Positions 41,398 to 50,268 of a DNA stretch of 64,000 nt are shown here, piece by piece (positions within the stretch are counted from its first letter, which is position 1; every line of letters starts with the position of its first letter). The stretch is from Candidatus Woesearchaeota archaeon. Lineage in GTDB: Archaea; Nanobdellota; Nanobdellia; Woesearchaeales; JABGUJ01. The stretch spans positions 317,534-381,533 of the forward strand of contig JABGUJ010000001.1 of NCBI GenBank assembly GCA_018646625.1, written 5' to 3'. Below the pieces are notes generated by a model that was not told the origin of the DNA, made no database searches, and saw only the letters and a list, made by a program, of their open reading frames with translations. A program made the translations under genes and the position numbers.

Positions 41398-42474
41398 ATG
41401 GTTGACCCAAGAGTTAAGAAACTAGCAGACATTCTTGTTAATTATTCTATTAAAGTAAAGAAAGGAGATATAATAAACGTAAAAGGCGGCGCAGATGCAA
41501 AAGACCTTTTGCTAGAAGTATGTAAACTCATTCTGAAAAAAGGAGCAGCTCCGCGATTAAACGTAGGCTTGCCAGGATTTGCATATACTTACTACAAACA
41601 CGCTCAAGACAACATCCTAAAACAAGATCCGAAAATTGCCATGTATGAAGCAAAGAACTGTCAAGGTGTTATTCACATCGGTGCAGAGTACAACACAAAA
41701 GAACTCACACATGTAGATCACAAAAAAGTCGCACTTAGAAGAAAACACACGCACAAAGTTAGTGAGTTTATCGTAAACAAACAAGATAACTGGGTGATTT
41801 GTGAATATCCAACTAACGCTTTAGCTCAAGATGCAGAAATGTCTTTAGAAGAATTTGAAGACTTCGTATATGGCGCAACAAACGTTAACTGGGCAAAAGA
41901 AAAAACACGAATGAAGAAACTTGCAGATGTCGTAAACAAAGGTAAGAAAGTGAGAATCAAAGCAAAGAACACAGACATATCTTTTAGCATTAAAGGAAAG
42001 AAAGCAAAAATCTGCGCAGGTGACAGAAACATGCCTGATGGTGAAGTATTTACTGAGCCGGTTAAACATTCAGTTGAAGGACATATTGAATACACGTTCC
42101 CCGCAATATATGGTGGAGTAGAAGTTGACGGAGTAAAACTAGACTTCAAAAAAGGTAAAGTTGTGAAAGCAACAGCCAAGAAGAATGAAGAATACCTTCA
42201 TAAAATGATCAACATCGATCCCGGAGCTAGCTACTTAGGAGAATTTGGTATTGGAACAAACTACGGTCTCAAAAAATTTGTTAAACAAATACTCTTCGAT
42301 GAAAAGATTGGCGGTACAATTCATTTGGCGTTAGGAATGGCGTACAAAGAAACAGGTGGAGAAAACAAATCTGCTCTGCACTGGGATATGATTAAAGATA
42401 TGCGTGAAAACGGAGAACTCTGGATTGATGATAAATTAATCCAAAAGAATGGAAAGTTCTTAATCAAATTCTAA
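41398..42474 (+). CDS. M29 aminopeptidase (AmpS/AmpT-like)
   Basis: NMPDGEVFT, LGEFGIG, LFDEKIGGTIHLALG, SALHWDMI. Confidence 0.93.
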   Translation: MVDPRVKKLADILVNYSIKVKKGDIINVKGGADAKDLLLEVCKLILKKGAAPRLNVGLPGFAYTYYKHAQDNILKQDPKIAMYEAKNCQGVIHIGAEYNTKELTHVDHKKVALRRKHTHKVSEFIVNKQDNWVICEYPTNALAQDAEMSLEEFEDFVYGATNVNWAKEKTRMKKLADVVNKGKKVRIKAKNTDISFSIKGKKAKICAGDRNMPDGEVFTEPVKHSVEGHIEYTFPAIYGGVEVDGVKLDFKKGKVVKATAKKNEEYLHKMINIDPGASYLGEFGIGTNYGLKKFVKQILFDEKIGGTIHLALGMAYKETGGENKSALHWDMIKDMRENGELWIDDKLIQKNGKFLIKF

Positions 42475-43056
42475 CAATAATTCTTTCATTATTTTTTTTG
42501 TTTCTGATGTTAGGTTAGTGTTACGCCCAGTCAAAGTAGAATTAATCATGCATAACATATCCTCTATAGATCCGTAATATTCTTTATCATCTAATAAGTC
42601 TGAAACTATGATACTTATCTCCGCATTAGAATTAGAAGGATCTGATAATCTAAACTCCGATCTTGAAACATCTTCAACAGAAACGGAAGGAAACTCCACA
42701 CCCACAACAAAACCAGTTAAAGGGCTATGAGAAAAAATAGAAAGTGAGAATAAAAATAAAAACGCAATTAATAAACTTGCTACAAGAACTGCTCTAGACG
42801 CATAACTTGAATTAGTATTTCTAATTTCATTAACTTTCTCATCTCTTAGTTGTTTGCACTCTTTAACATGATCATCCAACATCTCAAGATACTCTTCAGG
42901 GCTTTTGTCTTGGAGATAATGCTCTAAATAAAATTTGTATTTGGCATAATCAATAGTATTAGAATCAACTTTCTCTACAAAGTCAACTAACCGCCTCTTC
43001 TGCTCCTCGCAGTACTCTATTCTATTATCTAGTTCTTTTAACATCTTTTTCTTCAT
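42460..43056 (-). CDS. Hypothetical single-TM protein
   Basis: Helical N-terminus, TM followed by LTGFVV motif. Confidence 0.65.
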   Translation of the reverse strand: MKKKMLKELDNRIEYCEEQKRRLVDFVEKVDSNTIDYAKYKFYLEHYLQDKSPEEYLEMLDDHVKECKQLRDEKVNEIRNTNSSYASRAVLVASLLIAFLFLFSLSIFSHSPLTGFVVGVEFPSVSVEDVSRSEFRLSDPSNSNAEISIIVSDLLDDKEYYGSIEDMLCMINSTLTGRNTNLTSETKKIMKELLLEFD

Positions 43057-43189
43057 ACAAAGTAAGAATATTCTCTGGCTTCCCTATATACTTCAAAACC
43101 TTTTGCACAACTCTGCCTTTTACTCGTTTATTGGCTACAAGATAATAATATTTTTGCCCATTCACCTCTTTTGTCCGAATAAAAGCCAT
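43025..43189 (-). CDS. 54-aa protein resembling the N-terminal DNA-binding segment of IS1634-type transposases
   Basis: Below track cutoff; translation MAFIRTKEVNGQKYYYLVANKRVKGRVVQKVLKYIGKPENILTLYEEKDVKRTR. Confidence 0.65.
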   Translation of the reverse strand: MAFIRTKEVNGQKYYYLVANKRVKGRVVQKVLKYIGKPENILTLYEEKDVKRTR

Positions 43190-43190
43190 G

Positions 43191-43287
43191 AAAACTTAGG
43201 CACTACAAAGCTATTTAAATAAATATATCTCCCGATATAGATAATGCAAAATATATAATTAAAAACTTAGGCACTACATAGGCACTA
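43191..43287. repeat. Direct repeats AAAACTTAGGCACTACA x2 plus partial TAGGCACTA
   Basis: Copies at 43191-43207, 43262-43278 and 43279-43287. Confidence 0.85.
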
Positions 43288-43358
43288 GAACTCACAACCC
43301 GAAACACCAACAAAATAACAGAAGAAGATCTAACTACCAATTACAAAGAAAAGAAAAA

Positions 43359-43511
43359 TGGGGGCATGGGGATTCGAACCCCAATCTGACGGTATCTTCC
43401 TCGAAGCAAAAGCCTCAACAGACCGAGACGTTACATCATCGCCGCAAAATTCTGCAGCTCATCGCTCCAAAACTGGAGCCGACCATTCTAGCCAGGTTAT
43501 ACTATGCCCCC
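43359..43511 (-). tRNA. tRNA-Trp(CCA) with 79-nt intron at 37/38 (intron 43394-43472)
   Basis: Acceptor GGGGGCA/TGCCCCC, T arm TGGGG-TTCGAAT-CCCCA, anticodon loop CT-CCA-G|A, relaxed BHB motif. Confidence 0.93.
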
Positions 43512-43539
43512 GACATACCTCAACAAATCCCCAAGCTCT

Positions 43540-43884
43540 TTATAAAGATTTTGAAAAAGAGACCTTATCGCCTAATTTAACAGAATTAGCACAGCCACAA
43601 GGCAACTCCACTATATAGGATGCCAACTTAGATGGAGAATAAACTGTAAACGGCTTAAAGTTCTCCTTAATCTCTACAACCTTTTTTGATGAATCTAAAA
43701 ACAAAACATCTATTGCATAAAAAACAAACATCATATGCAAAGAATACCTTCCTGGCTTGTTAAAAGGAAAAACTAACGCTTTATCACATATCTTAGAACT
43801 AAACATCAAACCTCTGGCTTTCTTCCAAGAAGTATCACAGCACTCAACATTAGAAACTAATTTCTTACCATTAACTTTCATCAT
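43540..43884 (-). CDS. DUF192 (UPF0127) family protein
   Basis: RGLMF, LHMMFVFYAIDVLFLD, YIVELP.G. Confidence 0.88.
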   Translation of the reverse strand: MMKVNGKKLVSNVECCDTSWKKARGLMFSSKICDKALVFPFNKPGRYSLHMMFVFYAIDVLFLDSSKKVVEIKENFKPFTVYSPSKLASYIVELPCGCANSVKLGDKVSFSKSL

Positions 43885-44309
43885 CTTCCAGTATGACCAA
43901 ACCCGCCTTTTCCGCGTTCAGTATCGTCTAAATCTTCAACAACTTCTATTTGAGGAGAATAAACCTTCTGAACTAATAACTGCGCAATCCTGTCCCCTTT
44001 AGAAACAGAATAATCTTCTTTAGTTGTATTTAATATAAATATCTTATACTCGCCTCTATAAGTCGGATCTATCACACCACCCATTGTTTTTAAACCAAGC
44101 TTAGCCATGCCGCTTCTATCCCAAACTAACGCGGCATAACCAATAGGAAACGCAATAGACAAACCAGTACCAATTAACTTTCGATCGCCCGGCGCAATTA
44201 CAACATCTTCAACAGAATGTAAATCAACAGCAACATCACCAACTAGTGCATGCCTAGGAACAATTGCATCATCGCGCAATTTTTTTATTTTCATCTCAAC
44301 TTTTTCCAT
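43881..44309 (-). CDS. dut: dUTP diphosphatase
   Basis: RSGMA, GVID..YRGE, GDRIAQL, RGKGGFGHTG. Confidence 0.95.
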   Translation of the reverse strand: MEKVEMKIKKLRDDAIVPRHALVGDVAVDLHSVEDVVIAPGDRKLIGTGLSIAFPIGYAALVWDRSGMAKLGLKTMGGVIDPTYRGEYKIFILNTTKEDYSVSKGDRIAQLLVQKVYSPQIEVVEDLDDTERGKGGFGHTGR

Positions 44310-44420
44310 TTTATAAAAAAGATTAATTGAATTGCATATTAAGCTTACCAAAAAAATAAAACAGCTATTAGAACATATAGTTCAAAGTAGGCATAAAACA
44401 TTCGCCAAAATATCAAAATC

Positions 44421-44526
44421 TCCAGTAGAAACCAAGGAGTCCCTCTTATCATACATAACCACACCAAAGCCCCTAAAACCACAAAAAAAGCAGAAGAAAG
44501 GATTCTCCACAGGAAACCAAGGGGGC
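44421..44526 (+). promoter_or_regulatory. Two ORB-like boxes upstream of tbp-mcm
   Basis: TCCAGTAGAAACCAAGGAGT (44421) and TCCACAGGAAACCAAGGGGG (44506) match the ORBs next to cdc6. Confidence 0.65.
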
Positions 44527-44662
44527 AGCTATTCCCTAAAATATAGCTTCTCACGCTTCCTTTGCAAAATAAAAGTATTTATAAAGGAAAGAGCTTTACT
44601 TTTATAAAAGCGGGAACAATCTCACTTTTAAACAAAAATCGCAATCCTGGGGGTGCTTATAA

Positions 44663-45223
44663 ATGGGAAAACACGATATACGAGTTGTTAACATTGTTGT
44701 ATCAACTTCTTTGGAGCACGACATTCCTTTAGAGAAGATGGCAGCTACTCTGTCAAACACAGAATACAACCCAGAACAATTTCCTGGTCTTGTAATTAGA
44801 GTTAAAGAACCTAAAACTTCCGCTCTAATCTTCAACTCTGGTAAAGTCGTTTGTACTGGAGCAAAAACTCTTTCAGATGTATCTGAGTCTCTTAAACAAA
44901 TTAAGAAGAGTTTAGAAAAAATTAATGTCAAGATTACCGTCGATCCGGAGATCAATGTTCAAAACATTGTTGCATCAGGTTCAATTGGTAGAGATCTTAA
45001 TTTAAATGTTCTAGCAATGAAACTGGAGAACACTGAATACGAACCAGAACAATTCCCTGGTTTGGTTTATAAACTAAAAGGCTATCTGCCTGAAGACCAA
45101 ACTCAGAAAGCAACTTTCCTATTGTTTAGCAATGGAAAAATTGTTTGTACTGGAACTAAAAGTGAAGACCAAGTAGATTTAGCTGTTGATAAGTTAATTG
45201 AGAACTTGGACAACTTAAAATAA
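44663..45223 (+). CDS. tbp: TATA-box binding protein
   Basis: Two repeats NIV...EY.PEQFPGLV...GK.VCTG. Confidence 0.97.
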   Translation: MGKHDIRVVNIVVSTSLEHDIPLEKMAATLSNTEYNPEQFPGLVIRVKEPKTSALIFNSGKVVCTGAKTLSDVSESLKQIKKSLEKINVKITVDPEINVQNIVASGSIGRDLNLNVLAMKLENTEYEPEQFPGLVYKLKGYLPEDQTQKATFLLFSNGKIVCTGTKSEDQVDLAVDKLIENLDNLK

Positions 45224-45365
45224 TTTTGAATTTACCTGTCTAGTGCGGACAATTCCTGAATACACCGAATTCTGGCATCTCAGGGATCATCCCACACCAC
45301 TGGTCACTAGACAACTTCATTTATAAAGTTATTATAGTAGCTTGAGCGTTATTAAAAAAGGATGA

Positions 45366-47399
45366 TTGAAAATGGATACAATTGAAGTAACGGAACAAAT
45401 TTCCCGATTCAAGGAGTTCTTTGAAGAAAACTACATGGATGAACTTCTTGAAAGAATAAGAGTAGGAAAAAATTGGTTAGACATAGACTTCGCAAAACTT
45501 TCTAAACATGATATAGAACTAGCAGAACTATTACTTGATTATCCTGAAGAAGTTCTAAAAGCTGCAGAAATTGGAATAAAAGAATTTGACTTGCCTGAAG
45601 AAATAAAAAGATTTCACATTAGACCTTTCAACCTACCAGAATCTCAAACAATCATGATCAGAGATATCAGAAGTAAACATATTGGAGGACTATTAACAAT
45701 TACCGGCACCGTACGACAAAAATCAGACGTACGTCCGCAAGTTACAACTGCAAGATTTGAATGCCCAAGTTGTGGTAATGTAATGTCTGTATTACAATTA
45801 GAAAATAAATTCAACGAACCAACAAGATGCGGCTGCGGAAGAAAAGGAAAATTCAGATTATTAAGTAAAGAGCTAGTAGATGCACAAGGAATTGTACTTG
45901 AAGAGGCGACTGAAGATCTAGAAGGTGGTGAACAACCAAAAAGAATGAATGTGTTCTTAAAAGATGATTTAGTTAGCCCGATCTCAGATAAAAGAACCAA
46001 CCCGGGTTCAAAAATAAGAATAGTGGGTTCAATAAAAGAAGTTCCAATCATATTAAGATCTGGAAGTCAGTCAACTAAATTTGATTTACTAATAGATGCA
46101 AATCATGTAATTAGCGTAGAAGAAGATTTCACTCAAGTACAAATATCAAAAGAAGAAAAAGAAGAGATATTAACTCTTTCAAAAGATCCGAAAGTATACG
46201 AAAAACTGGTACAATCAATAACTCCATCTATTTACGGTCACGATAAAATAAAAGAAGCACTAGTACTGCAATTAATTGGAGGCGTACATAAAAAAAGAGC
46301 TGACGGAGTATCAACCAGAGGAGACATGCACGTACTTTTAGTAGGTGATCCCGGTTCGGGTAAATCTATGATGCTTAAACGTTGTTCAGTTGTCGCTCCA
46401 AAATGTAAATATGTATCTGGTAAAGGTGCATCCGGCGCAGGTTTAACTGCGGCAGTTGTTAAAGATGAATTTCTTAATGGTTGGAGTCTTGAAGCAGGCG
46501 CATTGGTTCTTGCCAACAAAGGCTTCTGTATGATAGACGAGTTGGATAAGATGAGCAAAGAAGACAGAAGTGCAATGCACGAGGCTCTTGAACAACAAAC
46601 CGTAACGATTAGTAAAGCAAACATTCAAGCAACACTACAATGTCAGACAACTGTTCTTGCTGCAGCAAACCCAAAATTTGGAAGATTCGATCCTTATGAA
46701 CTGCTAGCAAAGCAAATTGACTTACCTCCTTCTTTAATAAACAGATTTGATTTGATTTTTCCAGTACGAGATATGCCAGAACCTGAAAAAGATGAAGCAT
46801 TAGCAAAGTTTGTACTTAATCTTCACAAAGCTACGGATATACGAAAATCAGAGATAGGAGACAATCTGCTCAGAAAGTATTTAGTCTATGCAAGAACAAA
46901 ATGCAAACCTCAACTAAACGATGATGCATTAGAAGAAATCAAAGCATATTACGTAAAAATGAGAAACACAGGAACCGAAGATGGTGGTGTTCAACCCATC
47001 CCTATTTCCGCGAGACAGTTAGAAGGTCTTGTGAGATTATCGGAAGCATCAGCAAAATCTAGACTTGCAACTACTGTAAACAAAGATGATGCAAAACGAG
47101 CAATTGAACTACTACATTTCTGTCTGAGCCAAATTGGATTAGATCCAGACACAGGAAAAATTGATATTGACAGAATAAGCTCAGGAATAACTGCATCTCA
47201 ACGTGGCCAAATTGGTGTTGTAAAAGAAATTATAAAAGATCTGGAAGACAAAGTTGGAAAGGTCATACCAATAGATGACATAATCAAGGAAGCAGATACT
47301 CAAGATATTAGAGAAAGTGCAGTTGAAGAAGTTATTGAAAAACTTAAGAGATCGGGAGATGTTTTCGAACCTAAACGGGGCTTTTTAAGTAGAATTTAA
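45366..47399 (+). CDS. mcm: MCM replicative helicase
   Basis: Zn finger, GDPGSGKS, IDELDKM, NRFDLIF; no intein seen. Confidence 0.97.
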   Translation: MKMDTIEVTEQISRFKEFFEENYMDELLERIRVGKNWLDIDFAKLSKHDIELAELLLDYPEEVLKAAEIGIKEFDLPEEIKRFHIRPFNLPESQTIMIRDIRSKHIGGLLTITGTVRQKSDVRPQVTTARFECPSCGNVMSVLQLENKFNEPTRCGCGRKGKFRLLSKELVDAQGIVLEEATEDLEGGEQPKRMNVFLKDDLVSPISDKRTNPGSKIRIVGSIKEVPIILRSGSQSTKFDLLIDANHVISVEEDFTQVQISKEEKEEILTLSKDPKVYEKLVQSITPSIYGHDKIKEALVLQLIGGVHKKRADGVSTRGDMHVLLVGDPGSGKSMMLKRCSVVAPKCKYVSGKGASGAGLTAAVVKDEFLNGWSLEAGALVLANKGFCMIDELDKMSKEDRSAMHEALEQQTVTISKANIQATLQCQTTVLAAANPKFGRFDPYELLAKQIDLPPSLINRFDLIFPVRDMPEPEKDEALAKFVLNLHKATDIRKSEIGDNLLRKYLVYARTKCKPQLNDDALEEIKAYYVKMRNTGTEDGGVQPIPISARQLEGLVRLSEASAKSRLATTVNKDDAKRAIELLHFCLSQIGLDPDTGKIDIDRISSGITASQRGQIGVVKEIIKDLEDKVGKVIPIDDIIKEADTQDIRESAVEEVIEKLKRSGDVFEPKRGFLSRI

Positions 47400-47445
47400 A
47401 GATCTACAAAAATATTATATACTTCAAATATTCACAATCAGTGGG

Positions 47446-48132
47446 GTGGAACATATCGCAGACATTACACCAGATAGCGTACAAAAAAGGCAAGTAGCAT
47501 TCAAAGTTAAAGTAGATGAAATTTCTAATGGCCAATTTATAAAAGAAGAAGGCTGGAAACCTAACTACGTTCTAACCTCATATGGTAACATTTCTAGAAT
47601 TAATATTATGGCTATGATCATCGCCAAACTAGATGATGAAAAAAACTATACAGTAGATGATGGCTCTGGTACAATAGATCTAAGATGGTTTGAAGATGTT
47701 GACTCATTCAAAAACTTCAATACGGGCGAACTAGTAAACATTGTAGGGAGAATAAGAGAATACAACAATATAAAGTATATTCTTCCGGAGATCATAAGAA
47801 AAATTGACAATCCTAAATGGTTAGAATTACGAAAGCACGAGTTGGGAAAAAGAGAGAAGTGTCAAGAAACATTACAACCAGTAGAACAACCTAAACCAGA
47901 ATCGCCAACCGTAACTGAATTTGAAGATGTTGTGAATGCGACCCCTGCAAAGGAATCAACAGTTGATAAATTAATAAAAGTAATAAAAGAAAAAGACGCA
48001 GGAGAAGGTGTAGATATAGATGAAGTTATTGCCGCATCATCCATTCCAGAAGCGGACTCTTTGATCAAGAGACTTCTAGAAGAAGGAGACATCTTCGAAA
48101 TCAAACCGGGAAGAATAAAAGTTCTAGAATAA
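47446..48132 (+). CDS. RPA32-like OB-fold protein with C-terminal winged helix
   Basis: VDDGSGTI, GRIREYN, EEGDIFEIKPG. Confidence 0.8.
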   Translation: MEHIADITPDSVQKRQVAFKVKVDEISNGQFIKEEGWKPNYVLTSYGNISRINIMAMIIAKLDDEKNYTVDDGSGTIDLRWFEDVDSFKNFNTGELVNIVGRIREYNNIKYILPEIIRKIDNPKWLELRKHELGKREKCQETLQPVEQPKPESPTVTEFEDVVNATPAKESTVDKLIKVIKEKDAGEGVDIDEVIAASSIPEADSLIKRLLEEGDIFEIKPGRIKVLE

Positions 48133-48134
48133 GT

Positions 48135-48584
48135 TTACAACGCTTTTTCAAGAATTGAAGAAGCACCATCATCCTTAACTGTTTTATAACCTAATCGTTC
48201 ATATAACTTCTTGGCCTTATTATCATTAAACACCTTTAATCTTATTCTAGTAAGATCATGTTCTTTTGCCTTCTTTTCCATTAATCCAACGAGAAAAGTA
48301 CCAAGACCTTTACTTCTTAACTTGGTAGAAACTTGTACATTATTGATATATGCCGCATCCCTGCCACATTTCAAATCAAAGAAAGCAATCCTCTTGCCTT
48401 CATACTCTACAATCATAATTTTATTCTTATCAAAACCATCTTCAAAAGACTGAGAGTTCCAAGACCCCCAATGCCTTATGAAAGCATCATACATATTTTC
48501 CTTAAGAAGTTCGAAAACAAAATTATAGTCGGCGTCTTCACAGTTCCTCAACAAAAATTTATGTCCCTTTATATCAATATTCAC
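48135..48584 (-). CDS. GNAT family acetyltransferase
   Basis: RSKGLGT, N.AKKLYERLGY. Confidence 0.88.
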   Translation of the reverse strand: MNIDIKGHKFLLRNCEDADYNFVFELLKENMYDAFIRHWGSWNSQSFEDGFDKNKIMIVEYEGKRIAFFDLKCGRDAAYINNVQVSTKLRSKGLGTFLVGLMEKKAKEHDLTRIRLKVFNDNKAKKLYERLGYKTVKDDGASSILEKAL

Positions 48585-48613
48585 AAAAACACCTTGTCAA
48601 TACAAACTAAGCC

Positions 48614-49465
48614 TTAAAATAAAGCAGGAGTAACAAACACCTCAACTACAGCAGCAAAAAACAAAATAACAACAGATATGATTAACAAATCAGAACTGTC
48701 CATTAACACATTATAGAACTTCTTTGTACCAAAATGATGATTAATTACAGCAAACGAAATAATTCCTCCAGCCAGCCCGCCAACAAAATATGCTAAAATT
48801 TCGAATATCCCGTGAGTAAAGTAACGTAAAAAAGAAGATGACAGAATAGATGCATAAGAAATCACATGAGATGCGCCTTCTACAACCAGCGCAGCATTAA
48901 GTTTAGATTTAGCCAACATCCCAATGGCGGTTGCGATAACAGATGCATTCCATGTAAGGATAAATATCGCTCCAGCACCATAAAAGAATGAAAACAAAAT
49001 ACAAAACGCCAACACTTTCAAATTATTCAATAATATTTGAAAAAACACATTAGTCTTTCCAATAAAATGACCTGTTGCAGGAGAATTTATTTGTGAAATA
49101 GTATCCGCTTGAATCTCAAATGCCGCTAAAGAAACCTCAGCAGGCAAAATTAAATACCAAAACGTAAAGGCAATTGTTATTCCAATAAAAAGAAAAGTCA
49201 AATAAGATAATGCTTTAGTATGTTCTTTCAACAACCCCATCTCCCTTTCTGCAACCAAATCTTTTTCTTCTTCTCCTTTCAAAAGTTTATAGATGAACGG
49301 CACAGATGCGAGAACTGTAAGAAAAACCATGATCAATCCTGCTTGGTCACTAAAGATCCACAAAGCTAGTAAAAGAGCAAGTGACGCATAAAGAAATCCA
49401 ATAAAGAGCAAAATCCATGGTCTTTTTTCTGCACTTAATGGATTAATTATAGATTCAAAAACCAT
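48614..49465 (-). CDS. SpoIIM-family membrane protein
   Basis: ILLNNLKV, WNASVI, HGIFEILAY, AAVVEVFVTP. Confidence 0.85.
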   Translation of the reverse strand: MVFESIINPLSAEKRPWILLFIGFLYASLALLLALWIFSDQAGLIMVFLTVLASVPFIYKLLKGEEEKDLVAEREMGLLKEHTKALSYLTFLFIGITIAFTFWYLILPAEVSLAAFEIQADTISQINSPATGHFIGKTNVFFQILLNNLKVLAFCILFSFFYGAGAIFILTWNASVIATAIGMLAKSKLNAALVVEGASHVISYASILSSSFLRYFTHGIFEILAYFVGGLAGGIISFAVINHHFGTKKFYNVLMDSSDLLIISVVILFFAAVVEVFVTPALF

Positions 49466-49553
49466 ATAGCCTGTAATACCCGAAAACGACTATTTAAACA
49501 TTTCTAATGACAATGATTAATTTTATATATAAGCCACCAGTCCGTGAAACTAC

Positions 49554-49973
49554 ATGAGTGTACCAAATTACGAAGAAATGCTGAAGAAGGCTAGAAAAGA
49601 GCTTCCAGAGTCTGTAATCTTTGCAGAAAGATTTGAAATTCCTAAAGCTAAAGGCCATCTTGAAGGTAATAAAACCATCGTAAGCAACTTTGGTCACATT
49701 GCAAAGGACCTTAGAAGGCCTGTAAATCACATGTTCAAATATATTCTAAAAGAACTTGCAACTCCTGGAGTTATGCGAGACTTAAACACTGCTGTGTTTG
49801 GAACAAAAGTATCCGCTACAAGAATTAACGAAAAAATTGAACAATACACTAGAACTTTCGTTATCTGTTCAGAGTGTGGTAAACCAGATACTCAAATAGC
49901 GAAAGAAGGTAATGTAACTAATCTAAAATGTTCTGCGTGCGGTGCAAAAAAACCAATTAAATCTAAAATTTAA
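49554..49973 (+). CDS. eif2b: Translation initiation factor 2 beta subunit
   Basis: ERFEIP, KELATPG, CSECGKPDT, CSACGA. Confidence 0.95.
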   Translation: MSVPNYEEMLKKARKELPESVIFAERFEIPKAKGHLEGNKTIVSNFGHIAKDLRRPVNHMFKYILKELATPGVMRDLNTAVFGTKVSATRINEKIEQYTRTFVICSECGKPDTQIAKEGNVTNLKCSACGAKKPIKSKI

Positions 49974-49974
49974 A

Positions 49975-50268
49975 ATGTTCATCAAGCAACACACTACTCA
50001 AGATAAACGAATTCTATTAGCAATTTGTGATAAAGAAATCAAAGGTCAAGAAATAGAAGAAGATGGTGCTTGTCTTAATCTAAAGGCTGATTTCTACAAC
50101 GGTGAAGAGGTCTCTGAAGAAACAGCCATCAGTATGATACGAACCGCGGATCTATTAAACGTTGTTGGAACGCGCGCAATAGAATTAATCAAAAGGCTTG
50201 GCTTAGCTCATGAAGATGAAACAAAGAAAATATGTAATGTGCCTTACATCCTGATAACTCTGGAATAA
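49975..50268 (+). CDS. DUF424 family protein
   Basis: LLAICD, FYNGE, NVVG..AI, VPY. Confidence 0.85.
   Translation: MFIKQHTTQDKRILLAICDKEIKGQEIEEDGACLNLKADFYNGEEVSEETAISMIRTADLLNVVGTRAIELIKRLGLAHEDETKKICNVPYILITLE

Noticed and set aside
43191..43287. Direct repeats as a mini CRISPR array
   Set aside because: Only two 17-bp copies plus a partial one, too short, and no cas genes in the window
43358..43618. 86-aa + strand ORF
   Set aside because: Antisense to the tRNA-Trp gene; spurious
44332..44607. ORFs 44332..44607(+) and 44345..44554(-)
   Set aside because: No recognisable motifs; they overlap ORB-like boxes and promoters, so the region is better explained as non-coding
45237..45313. TPP riboswitch (CTGAGA on the - strand)
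   Set aside because: The downstream ACCTGA and GCGNAGG core motifs are absent
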